Source: a virus (taxonomy: Duplodnaviria > Caudoviricetes). From it: a stretch of DNA of 64,000 bases. Below are positions 43,881 to 54,375 of this stretch, piece after piece (the stretch's first letter is position 1; each line of letters begins with the position of its first letter). The stretch covers positions 1 to 64,000 of IMG/VR virus record IMGVR_UViG_3300010163_000009; one strand, 5' to 3'. The notes under the pieces were generated by a model. The model had not been told where the DNA came from. It saw nothing but the letters and a program-made list of their open reading frames with translations, and made no database searches. The position numbers were made by a program, and so were the translations under genes.

Positions 43881-44605
43881 TAATTGATAAGCATAAACCA
43901 ACACAACCGACAGTGCCGGAAGATGTTCCTGTTGTTTTCCAACCGGAGCTTGATGAAGTACAGGAAGTAGTTGAAACTAACGTTATGATTGAAGCATATA
44001 AGGCTGTACGAAAGATTTTGGAGTCTATTCCTAAAGACCCCACAGATCCAAACAGCCCTCCTTTGTTTAAAACTATCAAATTGGATAACGGACAGTTAAC
44101 CCGTATTAAAAACAATGGGCATAATAAGGAATATGGAATAGTATTTCCTGCTGTATTCATTCACTATATCAATATTTATTACAATGTTGGTGCGGCGAAT
44201 ATAGCTGAAGGAAAAGGGACGATGCGTATTCATTATGTTCTCAATCGATTAAATAACAGTGATGATGAAGTTGAGTGTGAAGGTATGGAAGTATATAAAC
44301 GTATTGTTTCTGCTATTGAATCACAAAAGAGTGATTTTCCTGCATTGGTGTCTCGATTCCAGTTGGAATACTGGGACCAGCCACTAACATTTGATGATGC
44401 TTTACAGCCTTATTGGATAGATTATCAAATTTGGTTCCAAGACTTCACTGCATACGCCTACAAAAATTATAAAGACGTATATGTTACCGTGCCACCATTT
44501 ACTCAGCCAAGTGACCAAAATGAAATTGCGAATCCTGATAATATTCCAAATCACGAATATCCGAAGTTTGAAGACATTGCAGGATTTAGAGATAAAAAGC
44601 AATGA
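43877..44605 (+). CDS. Putative tail-completion/neck protein
   Basis: Position in the module; FPAVFIHY motif. Confidence 0.5.
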   Translation: MIIDKHKPTQPTVPEDVPVVFQPELDEVQEVVETNVMIEAYKAVRKILESIPKDPTDPNSPPLFKTIKLDNGQLTRIKNNGHNKEYGIVFPAVFIHYINIYYNVGAANIAEGKGTMRIHYVLNRLNNSDDEVECEGMEVYKRIVSAIESQKSDFPALVSRFQLEYWDQPLTFDDALQPYWIDYQIWFQDFTAYAYKNYKDVYVTVPPFTQPSDQNEIANPDNIPNHEYPKFEDIAGFRDKKQ

Positions 44606-44639
44606 TTTCACCCTACCATATTTGCAATCCTCTATTCTT
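44606..44639 (+). promoter_or_regulatory. Putative late promoter TTTCACCC-N17-TCTATTCTT
   Basis: Identical bipartite motif at 49400-49433. Confidence 0.7.
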
Positions 44640-44658
44640 GGAAAAAGAGTAATCAATC

Positions 44659-45930
44659 ATGGATGCAGAAAATTTGAAATATGTAGTTGGTAGGGCTGAG
44701 GAAGGTCGGCCAGCTATCATTCGTTTTTTTTCAGCTGTAGATGAGTATAGTGTTCGTTGTTTTAACGATGAATTTTTGTGGTTGCAAGACTATGTAAAGC
44801 CTTCAAAGATTATCGTAATGATTAACTCTGAAGGAGGCTCTGTGCTGTACGGAATGAGCACGTTCTCAGTCATCCGCTCTTGTCCGATTGAAGTTGATTG
44901 TGTGATAGAAGGCATTGCTGCTTCAATGGCCAGTGTTATTTGGGCTGCTGGTGACAATCTTTATATGCACGATTATTCATTGCTGATGATTCACAATCCT
45001 TTTAACACAAACGTGGAAGATGCTGACCCATCAGTGAAGCAAACTGTTGAAGCATTCCGATCACAACTGGAAACTATCTACACTAAACGGTTTGGACTTG
45101 CCAAAGACAAGGTTGCAGAAATTATGAACGGCGAAGGCGATGCCGACGGCACGTTCTTTAGCGCTAAGGACGCTGTTAAGGCAGGGTTCCTCCCTTCGGA
45201 GAATGTTATCAAGACCTCTAAAAAGGTACGAGACAAAGTGAAAAGCGAAATGATAGGCATTGATAACGCAGCAGATATGCGCAACATCATGTCAGCCGTA
45301 TCTGCCGAGGTCGATGAAAATAAACTTATCGAAGCTATTTGTGCTATTCGTAATCAGACAGATAATAATTATTCACCAATCCAAGAAAACAAAATGGAAA
45401 ATAACGAAAAAAACAATTTCGACGCCATTTCAGCACAACTTGGACTCGCTAAGGACACTCAGGCCGCAGCGATTGAAGCTCGCATTGCTGAGTTGATCAA
45501 TGCAGAAGCAGCACTCAAGGAAACTCAGAGTGAGCTCACTGCTACGAAGATCAAACTTGAAGGCAAGGAAGCCGAACTCGCTAACGCCAACAGCGAAATT
45601 ACCGAGACTAAGGCAGCGCTTCAGGCGTACAAGGATGCAGAGCAAGCAGCTCGCACAGCCGAGATTGAAGCCGTTATCGACGATGCAATCAAGGCAGGTA
45701 AAATTGAGGCTTCTGCAAAAGATGCTTGGACTAAGATGGCTGAGTCTGACTTCGCCACCGTAAAGAGCACTCTTGCATCAATCCAAGCACGTGAAAAAAT
45801 CACAGAGAAAATCGCTGAAGACCCGGAAAACGTGGCCAAGATTGAGGACACCATGAAAGATGTGGATGCCAAAATGAAGGAGGCCATCAAGGAACATCTG
45901 GGTGAGGTGAAATTCGAGAAATTTGACTAA
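44659..45930 (+). CDS. ClpP-like prohead protease fused to scaffold
   Basis: INSEGGSV, GIAASMASVI, LMIHNP; C-terminal coiled coil. Confidence 0.9.
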   Translation: MDAENLKYVVGRAEEGRPAIIRFFSAVDEYSVRCFNDEFLWLQDYVKPSKIIVMINSEGGSVLYGMSTFSVIRSCPIEVDCVIEGIAASMASVIWAAGDNLYMHDYSLLMIHNPFNTNVEDADPSVKQTVEAFRSQLETIYTKRFGLAKDKVAEIMNGEGDADGTFFSAKDAVKAGFLPSENVIKTSKKVRDKVKSEMIGIDNAADMRNIMSAVSAEVDENKLIEAICAIRNQTDNNYSPIQENKMENNEKNNFDAISAQLGLAKDTQAAAIEARIAELINAEAALKETQSELTATKIKLEGKEAELANANSEITETKAALQAYKDAEQAARTAEIEAVIDDAIKAGKIEASAKDAWTKMAESDFATVKSTLASIQAREKITEKIAEDPENVAKIEDTMKDVDAKMKEAIKEHLGEVKFEKFD

Positions 45931-45945
45931 TCCCAATTAACCAAC

Positions 45946-47037
45946 ATGGCAACAATCAATTTTGCCGGTAACACTTACGCGGGTGAGGTTCTTGAAGACC
46001 TCCTTGTTTATACCGCGAAGGGAAATGAGACCTATGAGGCTGGTCTTGTTCATGTGAAGCCCGGTATTCAGAAACGTTACGTTTTGCCTCACATTCAGCT
46101 GGGTTCGATTATTCAGGATAACAAGCCCACGCCTACTTCTACTGAAGGAGCTGCCAATGATGACACTGGCTTTAACCAGTATAAACTCTCTGAGCGTTAT
46201 CTCGACCCTCAGGACTTTATGGTCTATTTGGAGTTCAATCCCCGTGACTTTGAGGAGTATTGGCGTTTCGCTCAGCCGGAAGGTCCGCTGGTTTTCCGTG
46301 AACTGGCTCCTGAGGTTCAGAAGACCATGCTTCGTCTGCTTCTGGACAAGAAAGATCAGTATATCAACGACTGCATCTGGTGTGGTAAGAAGGGTGGCGT
46401 AGATGCCAACATCGCCGGCCCTGCCAATGGCACTCAGCTTGGTGGTGCGACTTCTGCCGGTTTGATGAAGTATTTTGACGGTGCTCTCGCTCGTGTACTC
46501 GCCAATTTCAAAGCCCAGGCGGCTGTATCTGCCGGTACTGCAACTGATGCAGACAAGAACGAGGTAGCTTCCGGTAAAGTTATCCTCGCCGGTTCAACAG
46601 AGTTCAAGGATGGTAAGGACGTTGAAGACGCTCTCTATGCTATCTGGATGAAAACTCCGGCACATGTCCGTAAATCCAAGAAGCTCAAGTTCGTCATGGG
46701 CTGGGATGTATGGGATACGTATGACCAGTACCTGACAACTCAGAAAGAGTTCAAGTATGTTGAGAACCCGGATGTCAATAAGCGCACTTTCAAGGGAAAG
46801 CAGATTGTCGTTATCGATGGCCTGCCTGAGTCAACAATCTTCTTTGGCAAGTTCTCGACCGATCAGGATTCTTGCCTCTGGATGGCAATTGACTACAGCA
46901 CCGATGAAGAGAGCGTAAAGGTTGAGCGTCTTCAGGCCAATTCGGAGATGTATTTCTTCCAGATGCGAATGAAGATGGACATCAATCTGGTTCGTCCCGG
47001 TGAACTGGTAGTGTGGACACCCTACACAAACGCATAA
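45946..47037 (+). CDS. Major capsid protein
   Basis: 363 aa directly after the protease/scaffold; biased codon usage; followed by a terminator. Confidence 0.8.
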   Translation: MATINFAGNTYAGEVLEDLLVYTAKGNETYEAGLVHVKPGIQKRYVLPHIQLGSIIQDNKPTPTSTEGAANDDTGFNQYKLSERYLDPQDFMVYLEFNPRDFEEYWRFAQPEGPLVFRELAPEVQKTMLRLLLDKKDQYINDCIWCGKKGGVDANIAGPANGTQLGGATSAGLMKYFDGALARVLANFKAQAAVSAGTATDADKNEVASGKVILAGSTEFKDGKDVEDALYAIWMKTPAHVRKSKKLKFVMGWDVWDTYDQYLTTQKEFKYVENPDVNKRTFKGKQIVVIDGLPESTIFFGKFSTDQDSCLWMAIDYSTDEESVKVERLQANSEMYFFQMRMKMDINLVRPGELVVWTPYTNA

Positions 47038-47062
47038 CCCGATAACAGCAAGTATCATCGGA

Positions 47063-47100
47063 AAGAGGAGTGGAGACAGCGAAACTCCGCTCCTCTTTTC
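47063..47100 (+). terminator. Intrinsic terminator
   Basis: AAGAGGAGTGGAG...CTCCGCTCCTCTT-TTC. Confidence 0.75.
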
Positions 47101-47122
47101 AATTTAAGACCACTTTATAACT

Positions 47123-47509
47123 ATGGCTAAGAAGAAAACCACAGAAACGGCTGAAGCAACTGCACCTGAAGTGACAACGCTTGAGACTCCTGTACAAGAA
47201 GTATCTGAAGCATCGACAGCCGAAGCCAATCAGCCTGAACCTACAGAGGTTAAGACTGAAACAGAGACCAATGTTGAGACCGAGGCAACAAGCCATGAAG
47301 AGGAAACTGCTACAGAACAAGCTCCCGCAGAAGTTGCTCCAGAACCTGTTACTCCGGTAATTCCGGATAAGGCATTGGCATATCTCCGTCGTCACCCTGA
47401 AGACAAGGAAGTGTACATCGACAAGTTCGGCGGTGTATTTCCGGTAAGCATCCCCAAAGTGTTTGTGACGGATGCCGTCCTCTACCAAAATCCATTTTAC
47501 AAACAATAA
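47123..47509 (+). CDS. Low-complexity E/T/A-rich virion-associated protein
   Basis: Disordered N-terminus with a small globular C-terminus. Confidence 0.7.
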   Translation: MAKKKTTETAEATAPEVTTLETPVQEVSEASTAEANQPEPTEVKTETETNVETEATSHEEETATEQAPAEVAPEPVTPVIPDKALAYLRRHPEDKEVYIDKFGGVFPVSIPKVFVTDAVLYQNPFYKQ

Positions 47510-47521
47510 AACTATCATACA

Positions 47522-48856
47522 ATGGCATTAGGAAATGTTTTTATGAGAGACACGGATGGCAATATTCCAGTATTGCGATCCAACACTATTGAAAAAGTGT
47601 GTGGTCTCATTTTCGACATCTCTGGTCAGACTAACTTCTGGACTGAAGGCGGTGGAGCCAACATTGCTGACACTTGGAAGGACAAGATAATAGAGCTTAA
47701 TAGCCTCAATGATGCTATTGAAGCTGGTATTACTGCTTATACCGGAGAAGTTGACAGCGAGACCAGTGTAAGCACCGATGTCTTGGCAGGTATTCCTTAT
47801 TATCACATTCGCCAGTTCTTTAATATGGCTGGCGGTAGTGGTCGTCTGTTTGTCATGTTCGCAGATTGTTCTAATGATTGGAACGCAATTATTGAAATGC
47901 AGCGTGCAGCCAGTGGGTCGATTTTCCAAATTGGCGTATGGACAGAACAGCAACTTTGGAATAAGCCTGATGAGAGTGCTAACGCTTATTCTATCGGTCT
48001 TGTAGCCGATATTAACCGTGCAGCAGTTGAGCTTGCTGATGAGTATTTTGCTCCGGCATCGATCCTTCTCTGTGCTAATACTTCCAAGGTAAAGGTAGGT
48101 ACTGCAACAACCAATCAGGTTGCAATCAGTCAGATACCTTCGTGTGTAGTTGATGCCCGTTATGTTACGGTGCTTTTGTCTCAGTCAATGGAAGAGGATG
48201 TTCGACGTATGCAGGCTTCTCTCGCATCGACAACCCCTGTTGGCGTTTTGGGTCTTGCCCTTGGAACCCTTACACAAGCCGGTGTCGGTGAGTCTATCGG
48301 TTGGGTTCGTCAGTTTGATCTTGTGAATTATGTTCCGGCAATCGAAATGGGATTTGGTGACTCTACTGTTGTCGAAGGTCTTATCACCAATGGACTTAGC
48401 TACTCTGCATTGAGCAAGGCTCAACTTAATGCGTTGGAGGAAGCTGGTTATGTGTTTGTCCGCTCTTTTGAGGGGCTGGAAGGACATACTTACTTTGCTA
48501 ACGACCACACTTGCTCTGCTGGAGACTTCTGTACCATTTCACGTAACAGAACAATCAACAAGTCCCGTCGTCTCATTCGTATTGCGTTGCTTCCTTATGT
48601 GAACTCGCCAATTAAAGTTGATCCCTCTAATGGCAATCTGTCTTCCGCTCAGGTAACTGTTTTCGAGAATTTGCTCAAAGACATCCTGGATGAGATGGAA
48701 AGCGCAGAGGAAATCAGCGGAACATCTTTTATAACTGTTCCTGCTGAACAGAATATTCTCGTCACCAAAAAGTTGACTCTCTCGTATGGTATCGTTCCGA
48801 TGGGCTGTGCCGAGTCTATCGAAGTCACGGAAGGTCTCTACGTTAGTCAGCAGTAA
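47522..48856 (+). CDS. Tail sheath protein (DUF2586-like)
   Basis: 444 aa before the tube gene; ESIGWV, LEEAGYVF, RNRTINKSRR. Confidence 0.8.
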   Translation: MALGNVFMRDTDGNIPVLRSNTIEKVCGLIFDISGQTNFWTEGGGANIADTWKDKIIELNSLNDAIEAGITAYTGEVDSETSVSTDVLAGIPYYHIRQFFNMAGGSGRLFVMFADCSNDWNAIIEMQRAASGSIFQIGVWTEQQLWNKPDESANAYSIGLVADINRAAVELADEYFAPASILLCANTSKVKVGTATTNQVAISQIPSCVVDARYVTVLLSQSMEEDVRRMQASLASTTPVGVLGLALGTLTQAGVGESIGWVRQFDLVNYVPAIEMGFGDSTVVEGLITNGLSYSALSKAQLNALEEAGYVFVRSFEGLEGHTYFANDHTCSAGDFCTISRNRTINKSRRLIRIALLPYVNSPIKVDPSNGNLSSAQVTVFENLLKDILDEMESAEEISGTSFITVPAEQNILVTKKLTLSYGIVPMGCAESIEVTEGLYVSQQ

Positions 48857-48874
48857 TAAAAATCACATACGACA

Positions 48875-49324
48875 ATGATTATCAATAATGTGGCCTATTC
48901 GTGGGCAATGGTTCAGCTGACTTCTTTGGCACTCACAGGGTCAGCAAACCCGAATCCTATCATTCTTCAGGGTGTGAATGCTATCAAGTGGAACAGGAAG
49001 AAGAAGGTGGAGACTAACTATGGTCTTGGTGGTGAGCCGGTAAATCGTGGTTTTGGTAACACTGAATACACAGCTCAAATCACGATGGATTACAACACTC
49101 AGGTTCAGCTTCGAGCACTCAAAGGTTCTTTGATGGCTATTGGTGAATTTGACTTGGTAATTTCGTTCGCAAATGAGTTTAATTCTGAAGACTTCTCAAC
49201 AGAGACTGTTACATTGAAGGGTTGTCTCTTTAACGAAGACGGTATGGAAGTTTCTCAGGATGACACCAACATCACCAAGGAGTTCGAGCTTAATCCTTTC
49301 AAGATTGAACTGAGTATTAAATAA
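48875..49324 (+). CDS. Tail tube protein
   Basis: 149 aa after the sheath; YSWA, YGLGGEPVNRGFGN. Confidence 0.8.
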   Translation: MIINNVAYSWAMVQLTSLALTGSANPNPIILQGVNAIKWNRKKKVETNYGLGGEPVNRGFGNTEYTAQITMDYNTQVQLRALKGSLMAIGEFDLVISFANEFNSEDFSTETVTLKGCLFNEDGMEVSQDDTNITKEFELNPFKIELSIK

Positions 49325-49399
49325 TTTCTTCCATAGGATTTATTAGAGTGAATGGATGCGGCACTGGTATTATTCTGGTGTCGCATTTTATTTGAGGAT

Positions 49400-49433
49400 T
49401 TTCACCCACGTAAACAATGGATGTTCTATTCTT
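49400..49433 (+). promoter_or_regulatory. Putative late promoter TTTCACCC-N17-TCTATTCTT
   Basis: Same motif as 44606-44639. Confidence 0.7.
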
Positions 49434-49466
49434 TATTGAATATCAATTTTAATCACAATTAAAATT

Positions 49467-50029
49467 ATGGAAGAAAAAGAAACCCTTGAACTTCAGGCAA
49501 TCGAAGAAATCGATCCTAAGCTTCGTGCAGCCGTTGAGAAGAAGGTTGCAGACTTGAAAGCAAATAACCCAAAGGCAAAAATTTTCCCGCTCATGGTGGA
49601 TGGTGATCCTGATGACGAGAAAGAAGTGTATATCGGCTATTTCACACAGCCATCGTTTATCACTTTCTCCAAGTACATGACTTTCGCTCAGAAAGATCAA
49701 GTATCTGCTATGCGCCAGCTCGCCCGCGACTGTTTCCTTGATGGAGACCGTGAACTCATTGACGACGATTCTCTGTTCCTTTTCGGTCTTATGGGGCAGT
49801 TAAACAATATAATCCAGATGCGCGGCGGTCGTGTTATAAATTTATCGAAGCCTGGGAAGTAAGAGAGGGCGATTATTTTCGTCAAAAAATAATTCTCTTA
49901 CGACATTACTTTCCAGGCATCAATATCGATGACCTTGACGAAGAAGAATTTGCCAGACTTGTCTGTGACGCAGAATGGATGCACAGCCAAATGGTTATCA
50001 CAAGACATGCAAATGCTTTAGGATTATAA
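49467..50029 (+). CDS. Tail assembly chaperone (49467-49862) with -1 frameshift extension to 50029
   Basis: A_AAT_TTA at 49838-49844; the -1 frame is open (IEAWEVREGDYFRQK...ALGL*); lies just before the tape measure gene. Confidence 0.8.
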
Positions 50030-50047
50030 TGCGATAACTCGTTGAAA

Positions 50048-50086
50048 AGCCCCGTTGTAAATCTTGTACAACGGGGCTAATCTTTT
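50048..50086 (+). terminator. Terminator-like hairpin
   Basis: AGCCCCGTTGTA...TACAACGGGGCT. Confidence 0.65.
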
Positions 50087-50136
50087 CCCCATGCCATTGC
50101 TTCTATCTCTATTCTTTGTAAAAGACATATTTAATT

Positions 50137-53100
50137 ATGGCCGGACAAACATATCAAGTAAACTATATAGTCAATGTTGATGCTGCTAATGCACAATCTG
50201 CGATAAATTCGTTTAAGCGTGCGGTTGCCTCAATGGATAAAGCTACGAAACCTATTATCGACTTACAGAATAAAGTTCGTGGCCTCGTAGAGACTATGAG
50301 TGCGCTTAACAGAGGAAAATATTCTGTTAAGATAGATACTCGACCTGCCACTCAAAAGATAGGGAAACTGATTCGTGCTTTGCAGATGGCTAAGGCCGAA
50401 GTGCAGCAACTAAATGCTATGGGGGTAACTTTGGGAGGTGCAGGAACCAAAAGGAAAACCACATCTCGTACAACTGCTGCTTCTGTTGGCAGCTCTGCAT
50501 CTCGCACACGAACAACACCTTCCAGTTCATCTCGCACAGCAACGTCTTCAACAAGACGTTACGTTTCCCCAATAATGAAGCATCCCACTAATCTCGGATA
50601 TAAACTTTGGGGTCCAACTCCGCTGCCTAATAACGGAGGCATGGCTATTGATATGCTTAAAGGTATGGGGATTGCTTACGGGCTTGCTGGTGCTGGAATG
50701 ATGGTGTCAAATGTTGTTAATCAAGCTGCTGAGTACGACAACTTGATGAAGACAGTTGAAAATATTCTGAAGTCCCATGATACTGAAGAAGATTTTGCAG
50801 GCAGATTTGCCCAGATGACTCAAACGGTTCGTAATGTCGGCATGAAAACGAAATTTACAGTAGTAGAGGTTGCTGATGCCGCACGTTTCCTTGCTATGGC
50901 CGGTTTGAATGTAAATGCAATCCAACAAGCAATCAGTCCTATTGCCGATATAGCTTTGGTTGGAGATACTGAACTTGGTAAAACCGCTGATTTGGTCACT
51001 AATATTATGACCGCATATAACATTGCGCCTAACCAAATGCGTAATACAGCAGATATTATGACCAATACATTTACTATGTCAAATACTACTTTGACCGAAA
51101 TCGCTGAAGCTTATAAATATGCTGCATCGTTGCTTTCTGCTGGTAAAGTTCCGTTTGAAGAAGCTACGGCTGCTATTGGTGTATTGGGTGATGCCGGTAT
51201 CAAAGGTTCACAGGCTGGTACGACAATGCGTACTATTATGGCAAACATTGCAAACCCGACTAAGAAGCAAAGGGAAGCATGGGATGCGATAGGCGTTAGC
51301 CGTATTGATAAAAACGGAAAACGGAAAAGCCTCCTTCAGATATTTCAGGAACTACATGACAAAAATCTTGATGTTGATGCGTATTACAATATATTTCATA
51401 AAACCGCAGCTTCTGGAGCTGTAGCTCTTGCTGCACACGCAGATAAATGGGAAACTGTTTATCTTGAAAATTTCTTGTCTGGCGGCATGACACGTCGTTT
51501 GGCAGAAGAAAAACAAAATACTTTTAAAGGCTTGGTTGCACAGCTTGAATCTGTTTTTACCGATCAAGGAGTGACAGCGTTTAATGGAGTGCAGGGAATA
51601 TTGCGTGGTTGGATGAAATCGTCAATCAATTGGATGGATCCTAATAAAAACCCTGATGCACAAAAAGTATTCAAAGAGGTTGCCAATAGTTTGATAGAGT
51701 TTATACAAGTTCTTATCGATGCTTCTAAATGGTTTGTTTGGTTTTTTGATAAATTCGGTAGAATAGTGAAAACATGGGCCAAATTTCAGTTAATGATTTG
51801 GCCTGTAGTAAAAGCTGTTACTGCTTTTAGAAGTGCGTTCCTTGGTCTTTTGGGATTAAGAAAGGTTAGTAGCGTACTTATAGGTTTCTCCAGCATCTTT
51901 GGCAATCTCAACAAAAAGCTTCTCGTTTTAGGAACTACGTTAAAGCAAGGTGGGTGGTTTAAGCAAAAGATAGGTGGTAGCATAGCAACTTTTCTTGGTA
52001 ACACAGTTCCTGTAGCACCTCCGGGAAATACGTCTGGTGTCACACAAGTATCTCCATTTGGCTTTACAACTGGCATGGCTGGGTTTGCTCCATTGTCATA
52101 TAAACAGTACATGAAAGCAGCTAAAGGTTTGGACTTATCCAGACCTCATGCTTCAACCAGTGGCTATTACCTGAACAATATAGACAATTTCGGTCGTGAG
52201 GCAGAGGTTGCTGCATGGAACTCTGGAGTGTATGCTAATCGTCAGGCTGAGGATAAAGCCGCATTAAATCGATACAAGCAAAACCAAAAGACATTCAATA
52301 AGCGTGTTCGTAACATGCAAATAAAGAATGGTCTTGGTGGTTTGGGTAAAATGGGGCTTGGCACAGCCGGTATGATGTTGGGTATGCACCAAATGACTAA
52401 AGAAAATGCAAATGGTTGGGATGTTGCTTCTGGTGGACTCTTTGCTGCGGCAGGAATGGCTGCAATGGTTGGTGGTCCGGTTGGATGGATAGCTGCTGCT
52501 GGTTTGGCTCTTGGCGCATTGGGTTCTTCTTTGATGAGCTTCAACCAAAATCTTAATGCACTTTCTGACTTTGTTAATAGTTTCAGTAGAAGCCATCAAC
52601 TTCTTGATGGAGCTTTACTTAATGGTAATACTCGTACAGAGCGTTATCTTGAATTTATATGGCGTAAGAACTACGATATAAATGACCTTATTCAACGTCG
52701 TATTGAGTTGATGAAGGAACTTCTTGGTATTGAAACACCAAATGCTACTACTACAAAAGATGTTGGCAATGAAGTGTATAAAACCATGTATGAGAAGTTT
52801 TACGCAGCTGACTCATTATGGGGGAGTTCTCCTGCCGCATCACGTGCCGCAGAACTTTTTAATAAATATGGTAAAGAGTTTGGTCTATCTATTGATAAAC
52901 GTACAGAGACGTATTTGACAGGATATGATAGATATGGTAGACCTATGTATAACTCTCGTACTTATTGGGGTTATAAAGACGCTGAAGGAAACATTATAAA
53001 GTTCAATAATCCGGATGGAACTTCTGATGCAAATGATGCTGTAATGTATGACGTTGCCGCTGCAATGGAAATGTTGCACGGACAGTATCGTTCTAAGATA

Positions 53101-54372
53101 ATTGACGAGAACCAACATCGTTTGGCACAAATCCTTTATGGTAAGGCAACTGCTGAAGACGCTAAAAATTGGCGTGACACATTTGCCACTACATACGGAC
53201 CTTCTTCATGGACACATTTGACTCGTCCAGACCAGTGGAACGAAGATACTGATGTAGCAAAATATTGGTCTGGAGAAGATATTGCTCAGTCTTATATAGC
53301 TGCTCAACTCCTTTGGAAGTCAATGTACCAAATGGTAGAGGCTCAAAACGCCATTGTTGCGTTCAAAGAAAAAATAGCGAATGGCAATTTAACCGAGAAT
53401 GATGTTGTTAAGGCTTTACGATGGGGAGACTATGATATTCTTGGTCAAACGCTTGTTGATTATAATCCGAACGACATTGCAGGGTGGTTCAGGAATCTCG
53501 GATACTTTGGTGATGGAATTTGGCGTGACCCGTCAGGAAGGGAGACACCGGAAGTTATGGCTCAGACCGCCGCAGGGCAAATGCAACGTCTTTTAGATTC
53601 AATACAGAAACTTGGACTTGAAGCAGATCCTTCCACTCGGGCACTTCAGACATACGCCAATACGTTACTTACGTTAGCCCAATCGTTTATGGGTTCTAAT
53701 GAAGCTCTGTCGGGTTCACATGAAGGTGAAATTAAAGAATTGAATGGACAAAAATGGCGTTGGAACGCTACTACAAAACAGTGGGAACTCGTTGATGACA
53801 ATAACCAACCTGCGCAAATTTCACAGGGATTGTTAGATCTGTCTAACAATATGAATAACTTGTTGACAACGGTACAAACTGTTAATTCCCAATGGCCAAC
53901 GCTTTCTCCTATTATTTATCCTTCTAATGCAGATACAGGGTGGCGTTTCCCTTATGATTGGGGTACAGAGGGACAATATGGTTGGCAGACTCCGTGGAAT
54001 AATGGGAGTCATTTGATACCCCCCTCAATGACTTACACTACAACAGGTATAACTATGACCCCTTTACAGATGGGTAATGCTATCGCCAAACCCAGTCTTC
54101 CAGGGGTAAAAAATGGTGCTGGAACTGATAGTAATGGTAAAGATGGGCATACGGGTACTAAAACATCTGATTATAAATCCCACCAGAAGGAGCGTGCTAT
54201 TCCAAAACAAATTAATATCAATATTCAGAATTTGATGAATGTTGACTCAATTGACTTGACCAACGAAAATAACGTTGCCATAATCGATGAAATTAAACGT
54301 AAAGTCGCCTATGCACTTTATGAAGCCGCCGCAGACGGTACAATGATGCTGAATGGCCTTGCAAATACATAA
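50137..54372 (+). CDS. Tape measure protein (TP901-family core)
   Basis: 1411 aa; FLAMAG, LGDAGIKGSQAGTTMR; hydrophobic segments. Confidence 0.92.
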   Translation: MAGQTYQVNYIVNVDAANAQSAINSFKRAVASMDKATKPIIDLQNKVRGLVETMSALNRGKYSVKIDTRPATQKIGKLIRALQMAKAEVQQLNAMGVTLGGAGTKRKTTSRTTAASVGSSASRTRTTPSSSSRTATSSTRRYVSPIMKHPTNLGYKLWGPTPLPNNGGMAIDMLKGMGIAYGLAGAGMMVSNVVNQAAEYDNLMKTVENILKSHDTEEDFAGRFAQMTQTVRNVGMKTKFTVVEVADAARFLAMAGLNVNAIQQAISPIADIALVGDTELGKTADLVTNIMTAYNIAPNQMRNTADIMTNTFTMSNTTLTEIAEAYKYAASLLSAGKVPFEEATAAIGVLGDAGIKGSQAGTTMRTIMANIANPTKKQREAWDAIGVSRIDKNGKRKSLLQIFQELHDKNLDVDAYYNIFHKTAASGAVALAAHADKWETVYLENFLSGGMTRRLAEEKQNTFKGLVAQLESVFTDQGVTAFNGVQGILRGWMKSSINWMDPNKNPDAQKVFKEVANSLIEFIQVLIDASKWFVWFFDKFGRIVKTWAKFQLMIWPVVKAVTAFRSAFLGLLGLRKVSSVLIGFSSIFGNLNKKLLVLGTTLKQGGWFKQKIGGSIATFLGNTVPVAPPGNTSGVTQVSPFGFTTGMAGFAPLSYKQYMKAAKGLDLSRPHASTSGYYLNNIDNFGREAEVAAWNSGVYANRQAEDKAALNRYKQNQKTFNKRVRNMQIKNGLGGLGKMGLGTAGMMLGMHQMTKENANGWDVASGGLFAAAGMAAMVGGPVGWIAAAGLALGALGSSLMSFNQNLNALSDFVNSFSRSHQLLDGALLNGNTRTERYLEFIWRKNYDINDLIQRRIELMKELLGIETPNATTTKDVGNEVYKTMYEKFYAADSLWGSSPAASRAAELFNKYGKEFGLSIDKRTETYLTGYDRYGRPMYNSRTYWGYKDAEGNIIKFNNPDGTSDANDAVMYDVAAAMEMLHGQYRSKIIDENQHRLAQILYGKATAEDAKNWRDTFATTYGPSSWTHLTRPDQWNEDTDVAKYWSGEDIAQSYIAAQLLWKSMYQMVEAQNAIVAFKEKIANGNLTENDVVKALRWGDYDILGQTLVDYNPNDIAGWFRNLGYFGDGIWRDPSGRETPEVMAQTAAGQMQRLLDSIQKLGLEADPSTRALQTYANTLLTLAQSFMGSNEALSGSHEGEIKELNGQKWRWNATTKQWELVDDNNQPAQISQGLLDLSNNMNNLLTTVQTVNSQWPTLSPIIYPSNADTGWRFPYDWGTEGQYGWQTPWNNGSHLIPPSMTYTTTGITMTPLQMGNAIAKPSLPGVKNGAGTDSNGKDGHTGTKTSDYKSHQKERAIPKQININIQNLMNVDSIDLTNENNVAIIDEIKRKVAYALYEAAADGTMMLNGLANT

Positions 54373-54375
54373 TAT

